Part shown: piece by piece, positions 20,292 through 30,294 of the stretch
Numbering within the stretch: position 1 is the first letter of the stretch
How the letters are laid out: every line of letters starts with the position of its first letter
Origin: Parcubacteria group bacterium Greene0416_36
Lineage (GTDB): Bacteria > Patescibacteriota > Patescibacteriia > VMEV01
Length of the DNA: 64,000 bases
Assembly: GCA_007375725.1 (NCBI GenBank)
Contig: VMEV01000002.1
Coordinates: 45,992-109,991 of the forward strand
Reading direction: 5' to 3'
Program-made: the position numbers and the translations under genes
Notes under the pieces: generated by a model
What the model was told of the DNA's origin: nothing
The model's database searches: none
The model's input: the letters and a program-made list of their open reading frames with translations, nothing else

Positions 20292-20864
20292 ATGAGACAA
20301 AAAATATTTTTGTCTTCGGCCTCGGGAACCCTCTCCGCCACGGAAAGCTTGGTGGCTGTTGCCCGGTTTTTGTCGGGCGAGGGGCATCATCTTTTCTCCG
20401 ACCGAGACGCTCTCTCTGCAGCCCACCACTCGATCATTCTCTCTTCCGCTCTGGGAGATTCGCCACGAGAGATTGCGGGGCTGATGGATGCCTTTGTTTT
20501 TGAGGCCTCCGGAATGGATTTTGAAAAAGGTCTGTGGATGGCGTGGGCGGCGCTTGAAAGGAAGCCCGTTCTGGTTCTCGTGCCAAAAGGCAAACAAGCA
20601 AGTAGTTCTTTACGGGAATGGGAAAAATCATCGGATTTTTGTTCCCGCGTGGCGTATTATAGCCGCCATAATATCAAAGCGGTCGTGGCCGGTTTTCTCC
20701 AGTCCTTGGCTTTTTTCACCGAACGGGAAAATTCGGTGAAATTCACCCTCCGCGTTCAGCCCAAGCTTTTGGGCCATTTGCGCGGCAAGGCCCATCGAAT
20801 GGGAATCACTTCGGCCCGACTTTTGCGGGATCTGATCCGTGAAGATTTTCTGAAATCCCTCTAA
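20292..20864 (+). CDS. hypothetical protein, possible C-terminal ribbon-helix-helix
   Basis: 190-aa ORF; C-term FTLRVQPKLLGHLRGKAHRMGITSARLLRDLIRE resembles RHH/CopG. Confidence 0.35.
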   Translation: MRQKIFLSSASGTLSATESLVAVARFLSGEGHHLFSDRDALSAAHHSIILSSALGDSPREIAGLMDAFVFEASGMDFEKGLWMAWAALERKPVLVLVPKGKQASSSLREWEKSSDFCSRVAYYSRHNIKAVVAGFLQSLAFFTERENSVKFTLRVQPKLLGHLRGKAHRMGITSARLLRDLIREDFLKSL

Positions 20865-20872
20865 AAAGTTGA

Positions 20873-20897
20873 AAGCCTGTATCGTTGATACAGGCTT
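20873..20897 (+). terminator. intrinsic terminator hairpin AAGCCTGTATC-GTTG-ATACAGGCTT + T-rich tail
   Basis: 9 nt after stop of 20292-20864. Confidence 0.5.
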
Positions 20898-21004
20898 ATA
20901 TTTTTCCGGTGTTTTATGACACATTTTTTTCTCCTTTAAAAGAACTTTTTTGTTTATCCTGATTTTATCAGCCAATCCTCTCCCCACAAGCAAGACTGGC
21001 TGTT

Positions 21005-21238
21005 TCAGGCGCTGATCGTGACCGGGTCGAGTATGTCGAAACTTTTTTCCACAAAGGCCTTTGTTGCGGTGATATCATCCCCTGTTATGTCAGCCATTGT
21101 CGCAATGGCTTGTTTGTGGTACAAGGCTCCTTTATCAAAGACTGCCTTGAGTTGAGCGATTATTTGCGTATCGAGAGCATTGGCTGATCCGCTCATTATT
21201 CTCACCAATGTATTATATTTAACTGTAGGTATACCCAT
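21005..21238 (-). CDS. small hypothetical protein (77 aa)
   Basis: ORF only; divergent from 21410 gene. Confidence 0.3.
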   Translation of the reverse strand: MGIPTVKYNTLVRIMSGSANALDTQIIAQLKAVFDKGALYHKQAIATMADITGDDITATKAFVEKSFDILDPVTISA

Positions 21239-21409
21239 TGCAGTCTCCTTTCAAGGAGAGCCATTTAAAATAACTCCAATTTACAAGTTTCATTACAGGC
21301 TATATTATAAGTTTTTTTGTGTCAAGTTGCAAAATGTGGATAAAAGTATTAAGTTTTCCTATTCGGGATTGTTATTTTTAAATATATTTTTTTTGTCTGG
21401 AGAGTTTTT

Positions 21410-22531
21410 ATGTCTGATTTATACGATAGATCATCAGCTATTTTGTCAAGTTTAAAGGTTACGAATGTCAGCAAAGGTCAGAAAATTAGGATGTTTTTTG
21501 CTGAAATTGTACAGTTTTATGTTTGGAGTGTGTTACCACCTGGTAAGTGTGCGTTGAGAATTCCAGAGAATTATAGATCAGGCGAGAAATTTAGTGACTT
21601 TAATCGTCTGAATTTGAAAGAGGCGGTTATTGCATTTCGTAAGATTTTTTTTGAAGAAGGAGGGTATCAGTGTTTATGGCCGCGGTGCTCTTATAGAGCA
21701 GAACATGGATTTGTTCTCAAGCTGGGCTATAAAGAAATGTTACGGAAGATTTTCCACTGGCATCAGGAACAAATTGAATCTGCGTCGATTGATGAGATTA
21801 TAGATTTTTTCGCTAAAATAGAAGAGGAGGAAAAACATCAGAAAAAGTCGATAGCCTGTCCTCATTGCCGTTGGTCGATGACCGCTATCTATTCGGAAGA
21901 AACTGTGGCTGAATATATTGATAAAGAGCTGAATTTTGATGTCCCTCCGGAAGATAAAACAAAGTTTTATCCGGTTTGGTCTACGATGGGGGATCCTTAT
22001 GACAATCGTATCTGTGGACTTTGTTTTGGGGCGATTACAATTAGGCAAATGTTTTCCTTCCTCTTTGTAAGAGAAGAATATAATTCGACGCATCTTCTGA
22101 ATGCTGGGATATTATATGCTAAGAGGCTCAAAACATTTTGGGATACCAAAAAATTGAATGCTTTGATGCCTTTTGCTTTGGTTTATATTCTTGGGACGAC
22201 ATTGGATTATCGAAATCGTGCCGCAAAAGATAATCAATTGGGATTGGAGCCAATTATTTTTTTGACACACCATATCATGTACCATGCTCAGAAAAATGGA
22301 AATAATTGGTTATTTTTGGCGACTAGAGATAAATCTTTGCTGGGCATTTTATCGGCGGCTGGATTTGAAGCGGTTCCTTCTCTTCCAGATGAACCTAGAG
22401 AATTTGCTTTGGAAGAGCAATGGACCATTCTCTATCATTCAGATGTCGGATCATTATTAGCTGTTGTGCAAAATACAAAACCCTCTGAATTCGCTCATCT
22501 GTTAAAAATGTGCGGGAAAGCATTCCACTAA
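21410..22531 (+). CDS. hypothetical protein with three Cys pairs (CLWPRC, CPHC, CGLC)
   Basis: 373-aa ORF; possible zinc-binding pairs; no family assigned. Confidence 0.45.
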   Translation: MSDLYDRSSAILSSLKVTNVSKGQKIRMFFAEIVQFYVWSVLPPGKCALRIPENYRSGEKFSDFNRLNLKEAVIAFRKIFFEEGGYQCLWPRCSYRAEHGFVLKLGYKEMLRKIFHWHQEQIESASIDEIIDFFAKIEEEEKHQKKSIACPHCRWSMTAIYSEETVAEYIDKELNFDVPPEDKTKFYPVWSTMGDPYDNRICGLCFGAITIRQMFSFLFVREEYNSTHLLNAGILYAKRLKTFWDTKKLNALMPFALVYILGTTLDYRNRAAKDNQLGLEPIIFLTHHIMYHAQKNGNNWLFLATRDKSLLGILSAAGFEAVPSLPDEPREFALEEQWTILYHSDVGSLLAVVQNTKPSEFAHLLKMCGKAFH

Positions 22532-22751
22532 TGTTACTTATAACTAGTCCTAATAGGCTAGTTATTCTATTTTATAGCCAGCCCAGCTTGACTAAAATTC
22601 TGTCCAGTACCCGGAAAATTGGGCACGATTATAGGGATAAAAACCAAAATTAGTTCAACAAAATTGGAATTTTAAAAAAAAGTCCTAAGCCGGGCTTTTT
22701 TTATTGTGTTTTGTTTTGATTGCATTATAATGAAAAGATTTCATTATCTCT

Positions 22752-24386
22752 ATGAATTTGGTCTGGATATTTTCATTGATTGTTTCATTGGGGGCTTTTA
22801 TTTTAGGAGCCATTATTTTCTTGTATAAAAGCAAAAAAGGATCTAATTCGATCTTTGCATTGCTCTGTATCCTCTTAGGTTTTTGGTCTTTTTCTAATCT
22901 CCTTTCTTTTGGATCTTCAAATGACATTCAAATTTTATTCTGGTCTCAATTGACAATTGTCGGACCTTTTTTTGCCGGGCCTTTATTGTTCTTGTTTAGT
23001 ACGGTTTTTCCCGTACATCAGAGTATCTCAAGGAAATTTTTGTTTTATTTGTTTACGCCCGCTTTTCTTTCTTTGTTATTTGTTTTTTCGAGGTGGAATA
23101 TCTCGTCGGTATCTTCCGGCAATGAGTCACTTCAATTTGAACCCGGATTATTATATATCGTTTTGTTTATTTATCTCATGACTACGGTATCCGGCGCATT
23201 TTATAATTTGAGACTTTCATTTCTTCAGTCTGATGATACTTTAATCCGATCTCAAATTAAATTGGTTTCTTTGGGTTTCATCTGTTTGACCGCCCTAGGA
23301 GGGGGGACTAATTTGATTTCGCCTTTGTTTTTTGGAAATTCTCAAGGCTCTATTTGGGGGCCGCCTGTCTCTTTGTTTTTATTCATTATCTTTATCGGCC
23401 TCGCCATTCTTCGATACCGATTCCTTAATATCAGATTAATTTCCGTTCATGCCATTTCATTTTTCATCGCCTTTATTTTATTGTTTCAGGCTTTTTTTTC
23501 CGTGTCTGGCTTGGAATTGGCCTTCCGATTTTTATTTTTTATCATTGTTTCGATTTTATTGTTCTTCTTGTCCCGCTCCGTCGCGCATGAGATCAAAATC
23601 AAAAACGAATTAGCAAATTTGAACGTGGAATTGTCCCGGACAAACCGGAAGCTTGAGAATTTGAATAACCGTCTGCAGGTTTTGGATATCGCGAAATCCG
23701 AGTTCGTCTCTATCGCATCTCATCAGCTCCGGACGCCGCTGACTGTCATGAAGGGCTATCTGTCCATGATCGGCGAAGGGGTTTTTGGGCCGATGTCGTC
23801 TCGGCCGCTGCGAGACGTGATGAATAAAATGACGCGGAGTACGGACCGCTTGATCGATCTGGTCAATGATCTGCTCAATGTCTCGCATATCGAGAGCGGC
23901 AAGCTGGATTTGTATTGGGAGCACTTGGATGTTGGGGAATTGGCCTCGTCCGTCGTATCGGATCTGGCACCCAGAGCCTCCGTGAAAAAAATTAATATTC
24001 AGCTCAATCGGCCTTCGTTTGTGGTGGGCAAAGTTAAATCCGATGGCCGAAAATTGGCGGAAGTAATGACGAATTTGATCGATAATGCGATTAAATATTC
24101 TCCGGAGAATACGGTTGTGGATATCTTTGTCTATCAAAAATCAGGAGATGTCTTTTTTTCCGTCAGGGACCAAGGGATCGGTGTTGATCCCGCTAATATC
24201 GAGCGCTTGTTTCAGAAATTTTCTAGGATGGATGAGACTTATGTCACGAGGGTAGAGGGGTCGGGGCTGGGACTTTTTGTATGCAAAAAACTGATCGACA
24301 TGTTCGGCGGCCGTATTTGGGCTGAAAGCCGCGGCAAAGGCCACGGCTCCACTTTCACCTTTGCCCTGAAAGTTGTGGAATCATAA
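22752..24386 (+). CDS. sensor histidine kinase, multi-TM, paralogue of 17062-19230
   Basis: H-box IASHQLRTPLTVM, HATPase_c GSGLGLFVCKKLI; N-terminal ~8 TM helices. Confidence 0.75.
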   Translation: MNLVWIFSLIVSLGAFILGAIIFLYKSKKGSNSIFALLCILLGFWSFSNLLSFGSSNDIQILFWSQLTIVGPFFAGPLLFLFSTVFPVHQSISRKFLFYLFTPAFLSLLFVFSRWNISSVSSGNESLQFEPGLLYIVLFIYLMTTVSGAFYNLRLSFLQSDDTLIRSQIKLVSLGFICLTALGGGTNLISPLFFGNSQGSIWGPPVSLFLFIIFIGLAILRYRFLNIRLISVHAISFFIAFILLFQAFFSVSGLELAFRFLFFIIVSILLFFLSRSVAHEIKIKNELANLNVELSRTNRKLENLNNRLQVLDIAKSEFVSIASHQLRTPLTVMKGYLSMIGEGVFGPMSSRPLRDVMNKMTRSTDRLIDLVNDLLNVSHIESGKLDLYWEHLDVGELASSVVSDLAPRASVKKINIQLNRPSFVVGKVKSDGRKLAEVMTNLIDNAIKYSPENTVVDIFVYQKSGDVFFSVRDQGIGVDPANIERLFQKFSRMDETYVTRVEGSGLGLFVCKKLIDMFGGRIWAESRGKGHGSTFTFALKVVES

Positions 24387-24476
24387 ATTTAGAATTTAGG
24401 TTATAATTGGATTATAATTTTCTTCTGTTGGCTATTTTTGTTGAATCCTGAATCCTTATTCCTAAACCCTAAACTT

Positions 24477-25919
24477 ATGAAACGTACCAAAATTGTCTGT
24501 ACCCTGGGCCCCTCTTCTTGGGATCCCTTAGTTCTGGAAAAAATGATACGAGCCGGCATGAATGTCGCGCGTATTAATTTTTCTCACGGGTCTTATTCAG
24601 ATCACGCGAGAATTATCCGAACCATACGAAGCGTGGCCAAAAAGTGCGGACAAGATATTTTGATCCTGCAGGACTTGCAGGGTCCGCGCATTCGCCTCGG
24701 CGATTTGCCCAGCGAGGGAGTTTCTGTTTCCAAAGGGGATCGAGTGGTTTTTGTGGGCGAGTCTCTATTCGCCGGCAATTATTCCGGAAAAAATAAAGAC
24801 TGCATCATTCCGATGCAGTATGAAAAACTCTATCAAGATCTGAAACCTAGAGACATGATTTTGGTCGAAGACGGGACTAAGCGGTTTGTCGTCGAGAAAA
24901 GTACAGCCTCTGGAATTATCACGAAAGTGGTGGTAGGTGGCGTGCTCAAAACGCACAAAGGCATGAATATGCCGGGAGTGGATCTCGGCGTGGATGTTAT
25001 TACCAAAAAAGATAAGGCTGATTTGGAATTCGGTCTCAAAATGGAAGTGGATTTTGTCGCACTCTCCTTTGTCCGAGATGCACGCGATATCCACAGGCTC
25101 GAATCCTTGATTCGCGCTTGTGATTCAAAAGCAAATCCGGGTATCATCGCCAAAATTGAGCGGGAAGAAGCCATTGCCAATCTTGATGAAATTATCAAGG
25201 CTGCCAGCGGCATCATGGTGGCGAGGGGCGATTTGGGCATTGAGCTGGCGGCCGAACGTGTGCCTCTCCTTCAGAAGGAAATCATCCATCGCTGCCGATT
25301 TTATGCAAAACCGGTGATTGTGGCCACGCAGATGCTTGATTCCATGATCGCCAATCCCCAGCCGACTCGAGCCGAGGTATCCGACGTGGCCAATGCGGTG
25401 ATCGACCGCTCAGATGCGGTAATGCTCTCCGGCGAGAGCGCGGCCGGGAAGTATCCGGTCGAAGCCGTCGAGATGATGGCTAGAATTATCCACGAAACCG
25501 AATCCTCGGAGGAAGACAATGCTGGCTGTGGGGAATTAGGCGATCCTCGCCTTTGGGATGAATTCCTCGCCTGGAGCGCTTTTCACGCCTTTAGCTGGCA
25601 CTTGGTGGACGCGATCGTCGTATTTGACGATACGGAATCCGGTTATCGGGCAGGCTGGGTGGCTCGTTATCGTCCCCGTGTTCCCATTCTGGTTTTTTCC
25701 AGAGATAAGCTCCTAGGCCGCCAGTCCCTCTTATTCCGCGGGGTACAATCTTATTCTTATCGCTGGGACTCTTGGGAGGAATGCCTCTCCAAAGCCTCTG
25801 GAATGATCTCCAAAGAGGGAATCCTCCCAAAAGGCTCCACCATCCTCTGTCTCGGCTCCGAACAGCACCCTGGCTTAAAATCCGGCTTCATGGACCGAAT
25901 GCAGTGGGTGAAGCTATAA
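24477..25919 (+). CDS. pyk: pyruvate kinase
   Basis: MKRTKIVCTLGP...ARINFSHG N-terminal signature, MVARGDLG, barrel and C-domain. Confidence 0.85.
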   Translation: MKRTKIVCTLGPSSWDPLVLEKMIRAGMNVARINFSHGSYSDHARIIRTIRSVAKKCGQDILILQDLQGPRIRLGDLPSEGVSVSKGDRVVFVGESLFAGNYSGKNKDCIIPMQYEKLYQDLKPRDMILVEDGTKRFVVEKSTASGIITKVVVGGVLKTHKGMNMPGVDLGVDVITKKDKADLEFGLKMEVDFVALSFVRDARDIHRLESLIRACDSKANPGIIAKIEREEAIANLDEIIKAASGIMVARGDLGIELAAERVPLLQKEIIHRCRFYAKPVIVATQMLDSMIANPQPTRAEVSDVANAVIDRSDAVMLSGESAAGKYPVEAVEMMARIIHETESSEEDNAGCGELGDPRLWDEFLAWSAFHAFSWHLVDAIVVFDDTESGYRAGWVARYRPRVPILVFSRDKLLGRQSLLFRGVQSYSYRWDSWEECLSKASGMISKEGILPKGSTILCLGSEQHPGLKSGFMDRMQWVKL

Positions 25920-25930
25920 ACAACAAAAAA

Positions 25931-26017
25931 GGCATTAGGTTATTAGGTATTAGCTTCTTAGGAACAACAGAAACCGTGGCTGTTTCCTAATAAGCTAATG
26001 GCCTAACGCCTAATGCC
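25931..26017. terminator. long imperfect inverted repeat built from TTAGG/CCTAA units, A-run and T-run flanks (convergent terminator pyk/rnj)
   Basis: GGCATTAGGTTATTAGG...CCTAACGCCTAATGCC between two converging genes. Confidence 0.55.
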
Positions 26018-26027
26018 TTTTTTTGAG

Positions 26028-27959
26028 TTAAACCTCAATAATCACTGGCAATACCAGCGGCCGCCGCTGAGTTTTGGTATAGAGGAATTGGCCGATTTCA
26101 TTGCGAATTTTTGATTTGAGATAGGTCTCATCCGCTGCGGATTTCGGATCTTTGTCTTCGAGTAATTTCTTGATTTTAAGCCGTGTCTGCTCAATGAGTT
26201 TTTTATTCTCTTTCATATAAACAAAGCCTCGGGAGATGATATCGGGACTGCCGATCAATTCGCCGGTTTTTTGAGCGACCGTGGCGATGATCACGCACAT
26301 GCCGTCTTCAGCCATTTGTTTTCGGTCGCGGAGCACGACATGATTGACATCGTCTACGCCTAACCCGTCGACAAATACATATTCGGCTGGGAGTCGGGTG
26401 GAGGTGAGGTGGCCGATGTCGCGCGTGAACTCCATAACTTGTCCGTTTTCAGCCACGATAATGCGTCCTTCATGGATACCCACTTCTCGGGCCGCCTGGG
26501 CATGAGCCTCAAGCTTAAACCGAGTGGCTTCAATGGGCACGAGGTATCGGGGCCGTATGAGGCGCATCATGAGTTTGAGATCTTCTTTTTTTGCGTGACC
26601 TCCGGCATGCACGTCCATCATTTCTGTATGAATGATCTTTGCTCCTTGTTTGCAGAAAGTGTCTTTGAGATTCTGAACCGTGCGTTCATTGCCCGGAATC
26701 ACGGAAGAGGAGAAAATGACAGTATCGCCTTTTTTGATCGAAAGGAATTTATGTTCGCCATTGGCAAAACGCATGAGGAAGGCACGGTCTTGCCCCTGAG
26801 CTCCGGTGCCGATGACCAAGAGCCGGTTGTCGGGCACATGCTGGGCGTCCTTGGCGTCTTCCAAGAGCTGTCCGGGGGCAAGTTTGAGATATCCGAGTTT
26901 GTGGCAGATATCCACGTTATTGACCATGGATCGGCCTTCAAATAATACTTTTCGGTTGTATTTGGCGGCCAGGTCAATGAGGATTTGCAGACGTGCTATC
27001 TGGGAGGCAAAGGTTCCCACCACGATACGCCCCGGAGCGTTGTTGAAAATAATATCCATGTCTCGCTTGACGTCGGATTCGGAGATTTGATAGCCCTCCT
27101 GATCCGCGTTGGTGCTGTCGAGCAGCAATGCCAAGACCCCTTCATTGCCGAACGAAGCATATTTGCCGAGATTAGCGGGCAGGTCCGGAGCGATGGGCGA
27201 AAAGTCGATTTTGAAGTCCGCGGAGTGGAGCACCAGTCCTGCGGGCGTGTACACGGCAATACCAAAAGTATCTGGAATCGTATGGTTGACTCGGAAGAAT
27301 TCGATTTGAAAATGTTTGCCCAGCTTGATTCTAGATTTTTCGTCTACCAAGGTAATATTGTAGGGCGGAATATCTTTGAAATCTTCGTGCCGCTGATTGA
27401 TCAGGCCTGCTGTGAGCTTTCCGGTGAATATAGGAGGATTTCCAAGCCGTGGAATCAAATGAGGAATCGCTCCGATATGATCGTAGTGGCCGTGAGTGAT
27501 GACCACTCCTCGGAGCCGGTCTTCCTTTCCCTTGAGATAGGAGATATCTGGAATGACATAATCAATCCCCAACATGGCTTCTTCCGGAAACTGAAGACCC
27601 ATATCAATGATGATGATATCGTCTTCATATTCCATGAGAGTCATGTTACGTCCGATTTCCTCGAGCCCTCCCATGACCGCGATTTTGAGTTTTCCTCCTT
27701 TGTATTCTCCGAAATCATATTTCAGGAGAGAGCGGGAGAGTTTTGGCGCGGCGATATCGCCCGCGGGTTGGGTCTGTGTATATTCTCTGGGGCGATAGAC
27801 TTCCGCGTTGCGGTTGGCTCCATGATAGTTGTTTTGCGCGGCTCCTTGTCTTGGCGCCGAATTGGGCTTATATGCTTTTCGTAGCTGGGGCTGAACCGTG
27901 AAAGGATCAACCTCGGGTTTTTGGCTATTGTTAATAGGTTCTTGTTTTGCGTCTAACAT
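26028..27959 (-). CDS. rnj: ribonuclease J (metallo-beta-lactamase / beta-CASP) with ~85-aa N-terminal extension
   Basis: VITHGHYDHIGAIP motif, beta-CASP region, RNase J C-terminal domain. Confidence 0.85.
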   Translation of the reverse strand: MLDAKQEPINNSQKPEVDPFTVQPQLRKAYKPNSAPRQGAAQNNYHGANRNAEVYRPREYTQTQPAGDIAAPKLSRSLLKYDFGEYKGGKLKIAVMGGLEEIGRNMTLMEYEDDIIIIDMGLQFPEEAMLGIDYVIPDISYLKGKEDRLRGVVITHGHYDHIGAIPHLIPRLGNPPIFTGKLTAGLINQRHEDFKDIPPYNITLVDEKSRIKLGKHFQIEFFRVNHTIPDTFGIAVYTPAGLVLHSADFKIDFSPIAPDLPANLGKYASFGNEGVLALLLDSTNADQEGYQISESDVKRDMDIIFNNAPGRIVVGTFASQIARLQILIDLAAKYNRKVLFEGRSMVNNVDICHKLGYLKLAPGQLLEDAKDAQHVPDNRLLVIGTGAQGQDRAFLMRFANGEHKFLSIKKGDTVIFSSSVIPGNERTVQNLKDTFCKQGAKIIHTEMMDVHAGGHAKKEDLKLMMRLIRPRYLVPIEATRFKLEAHAQAAREVGIHEGRIIVAENGQVMEFTRDIGHLTSTRLPAEYVFVDGLGVDDVNHVVLRDRKQMAEDGMCVIIATVAQKTGELIGSPDIISRGFVYMKENKKLIEQTRLKIKKLLEDKDPKSAADETYLKSKIRNEIGQFLYTKTQRRPLVLPVIIEV

Positions 27960-28177
27960 AAGTACTATAAATAGATTGTCAAAATGAATTGATCAATTAA
28001 TTAAAAAATCATTCTTAAATCAAAAGAAAAAAATTGATTTCCCGCCAGAGGCGGACAATCGTCGTTTTTTTATAAAAAAATAATGGGCTAATATCAGCCG
28101 AAATAAGCTGATACAAGCTATTTTTTGAGAGTGAATGATTAAGAGAGTATATCACGTTCTATGGAAAAATCAATGGG

Positions 28178-28261
28178 TGCTGGCGGCCGGATTTGAACCG
28201 ACATGATCGAGCGATCGCTAGTCTCTGAAACTAGTGTGTCTACCAATTCCACCACGCCAGC
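28178..28261 (-). tRNA. tRNA-Leu (anticodon CAG), type II with long variable arm; CCA not encoded
   Basis: cloverleaf by hand: acceptor GCTGGCG/CGCCAGC, anticodon stem CTAGT/ACTAG loop TTCAGAG, T-loop TTCAAAT. Confidence 0.85.
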
Positions 28262-28272
28262 TTAATTTCTTG

Positions 28273-28300
28273 GTAAGGGCGTATTGCAATACGCCCTTAC
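28273..28300. repeat. REP hairpin GTAAGGGCGTATTGCAATACGCCCTTAC (family A), between SBP gene stop and tRNA-Leu
   Basis: identical 28-mer also inside and just after the RAYT gene (41268, 41569). Confidence 0.6.
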
Positions 28301-28307
28301 CAAGAAA

Positions 28308-30200
28308 TTATTTCCAAACTCGTTTTGTTTCAATATACCACTCACTGAGATTATTAAACCGGTCGCTGGGTTTGACGATATGATCGATATCGAAATTCTT
28401 GATGTCGTTCGACAAAATGTAGTTGTAGGTGGGGCTGTAAAGAAACAGCGCGGGAATTTCCCCCGATAGAATCTCTAGAAACTGTTTATATAATACTTCT
28501 CTCTGTGTCAAATCTTGATTTTGACGGGCATCGATGATAAGTTTATCGGCATTTTTGTCGGCAAAAGAGGTGAGGTTAAGTCCGGGGTCCTTGGCTTGAG
28601 AAGAATGCCAAAAAGCATAAGGATCGGGATCCAATCCGATATTTTGACCGTAGAGGAGGGCCTCATACTGCCGTTTTTTGATGATTTCTTTTTGTATTTT
28701 TGGGGCGTCAAATAATTTGAGCTCTACCTGCGCTCCAATTTTTTCCCAATAGTCTCGGATCAGTTCTGCTGCTTTTTTGTTTTCCGGATGATCTACCGTT
28801 GTAAGAGAGATGGAAAGAATATGGCCGTCTTTTTCACGGAAAAACTCTTGAGATATGGAGGGAGTTGCTGAATTTTCTAGAAAGGGTTCGAGTTCCTGAT
28901 CGGGTATGTTTTTGGGGTCTTTATCTGACAGTGCGGCGGGGAGGGTTTTATCTTTTTCCGAATCTTTTTTTGCGGCGAAGTTTTTTTCCATCCGGGTTCG
29001 GAGCTGTTTTATCGCTTGTTTTTTTTGCCTGTCTTTATACTCCTGCTGTGATATTTTCTGATATCCCGCCTCTTCGAGTAATTGATTGGCTTTTTGGGGA
29101 TCATAGGAGTCAGAGGGGGTTTGGGGGCCAAGAGATAAGAGGGGGTTATCAATCATTTTTCCTTGTTCTTCCAGCGCATAGTCAATGATTTTTTGTTTAG
29201 AAATCGCAAGTGACAGGGCCTGCCGGACGGTTTTGTTCTGGAGAATATTATTTTGATCTTGGTTGAAAAAAATGGCGGTATATTGAGGGAATGAGAGGGG
29301 GTGGGTAATCAAATGTTGGTTGCCCCTGATTGAGTCTTGTTCTTTTTGAGGCAAGAAATTGATGCCGTCGATTGTGCCATTTTGTATAGCGAGAGTGAGG
29401 TCGGTGGTATTTGCGAAAAAACGGAATTCAATTTTCTCTAGATAGGGTCTCTCTCCGTAAAAATTATCATTTCGGACTAGCGTATAAGATAAAATGGTTC
29501 CTTTCTTGTCTTTTTCTAGGGAATCAAACTTCCAAGGTCCGGAACCGATAGGTTTGCGATTATATTCCACGAGTTTCCAGTTTACAGCTGGGATTTCAGC
29601 CCAAATATGTTTGGGCAAAATCCCGAAAGTCAGGAGAGTGGGAAAAGGGGCGAAGGGCTTTTTGAGGGAAAATTTGAGCGTGTGGGGATCGATTTTTTGA
29701 TATTCTACTCCCCTGAGGCTTAGAAATAAAGGGCTTTGATAGGCCGGATCTAAAATGGCGTCAAGAGTAGCCACGACATCATCGGCATTAAATTTAGCCC
29801 CATCATGCCAATAGACATCTTGGCGCAGAGTGAGGGTGTAGATCAGGGAATCACTGGATATCTCGTAGTCGAGAGCCAGATCGGGTACGAGTTCTTGTTC
29901 TTTATTATATTTGAGCAATCCTGAATACACGAGGGAAGAGATATCATTGTCGATATCGCTGGTTTGAGAGAAGAGCGGATTCAAATAGAGCGGCGTGCCG
30001 ATGCTTCCTTCCGTATATTTGCCTCCCGATTGGGCGACTAGTTGTGTCCGGTTTAATATAAAAGAGGCTCCGATATAGGCGAAGCTCAACACAATAATAG
30101 AGAGCAGTATTTTTAACAGCAGATTTTCTCGGCGTGATAGAATTTTGGGCGTGCTGCGAATCTGTTTCCAAGTGGGAATTTTTTTTCTTTCCAAAAGCAT
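28308..30200 (-). CDS. extracellular solute-binding protein family 5 (OppA/DppA-like) with N-terminal membrane anchor
   Basis: SBP_bac_5-like core (YTLTLRQDVYWHDGAKFNADDVVATL); ORF-track N-terminus overlaps secG, true start likely Met ~30200. Confidence 0.6.
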   Translation of the reverse strand: MLLERKKIPTWKQIRSTPKILSRRENLLLKILLSIIVLSFAYIGASFILNRTQLVAQSGGKYTEGSIGTPLYLNPLFSQTSDIDNDISSLVYSGLLKYNKEQELVPDLALDYEISSDSLIYTLTLRQDVYWHDGAKFNADDVVATLDAILDPAYQSPLFLSLRGVEYQKIDPHTLKFSLKKPFAPFPTLLTFGILPKHIWAEIPAVNWKLVEYNRKPIGSGPWKFDSLEKDKKGTILSYTLVRNDNFYGERPYLEKIEFRFFANTTDLTLAIQNGTIDGINFLPQKEQDSIRGNQHLITHPLSFPQYTAIFFNQDQNNILQNKTVRQALSLAISKQKIIDYALEEQGKMIDNPLLSLGPQTPSDSYDPQKANQLLEEAGYQKISQQEYKDRQKKQAIKQLRTRMEKNFAAKKDSEKDKTLPAALSDKDPKNIPDQELEPFLENSATPSISQEFFREKDGHILSISLTTVDHPENKKAAELIRDYWEKIGAQVELKLFDAPKIQKEIIKKRQYEALLYGQNIGLDPDPYAFWHSSQAKDPGLNLTSFADKNADKLIIDARQNQDLTQREVLYKQFLEILSGEIPALFLYSPTYNYILSNDIKNFDIDHIVKPSDRFNNLSEWYIETKRVWK

Positions 30201-30294
30201 GCGTATGGCATGGTCTTCTTGTTTTGTCTCATCGCTGGTCTCGACTGTCCTAGAAAATCTGTTGGGATTGAATCGGTCAAAAATTGCCACAGAT

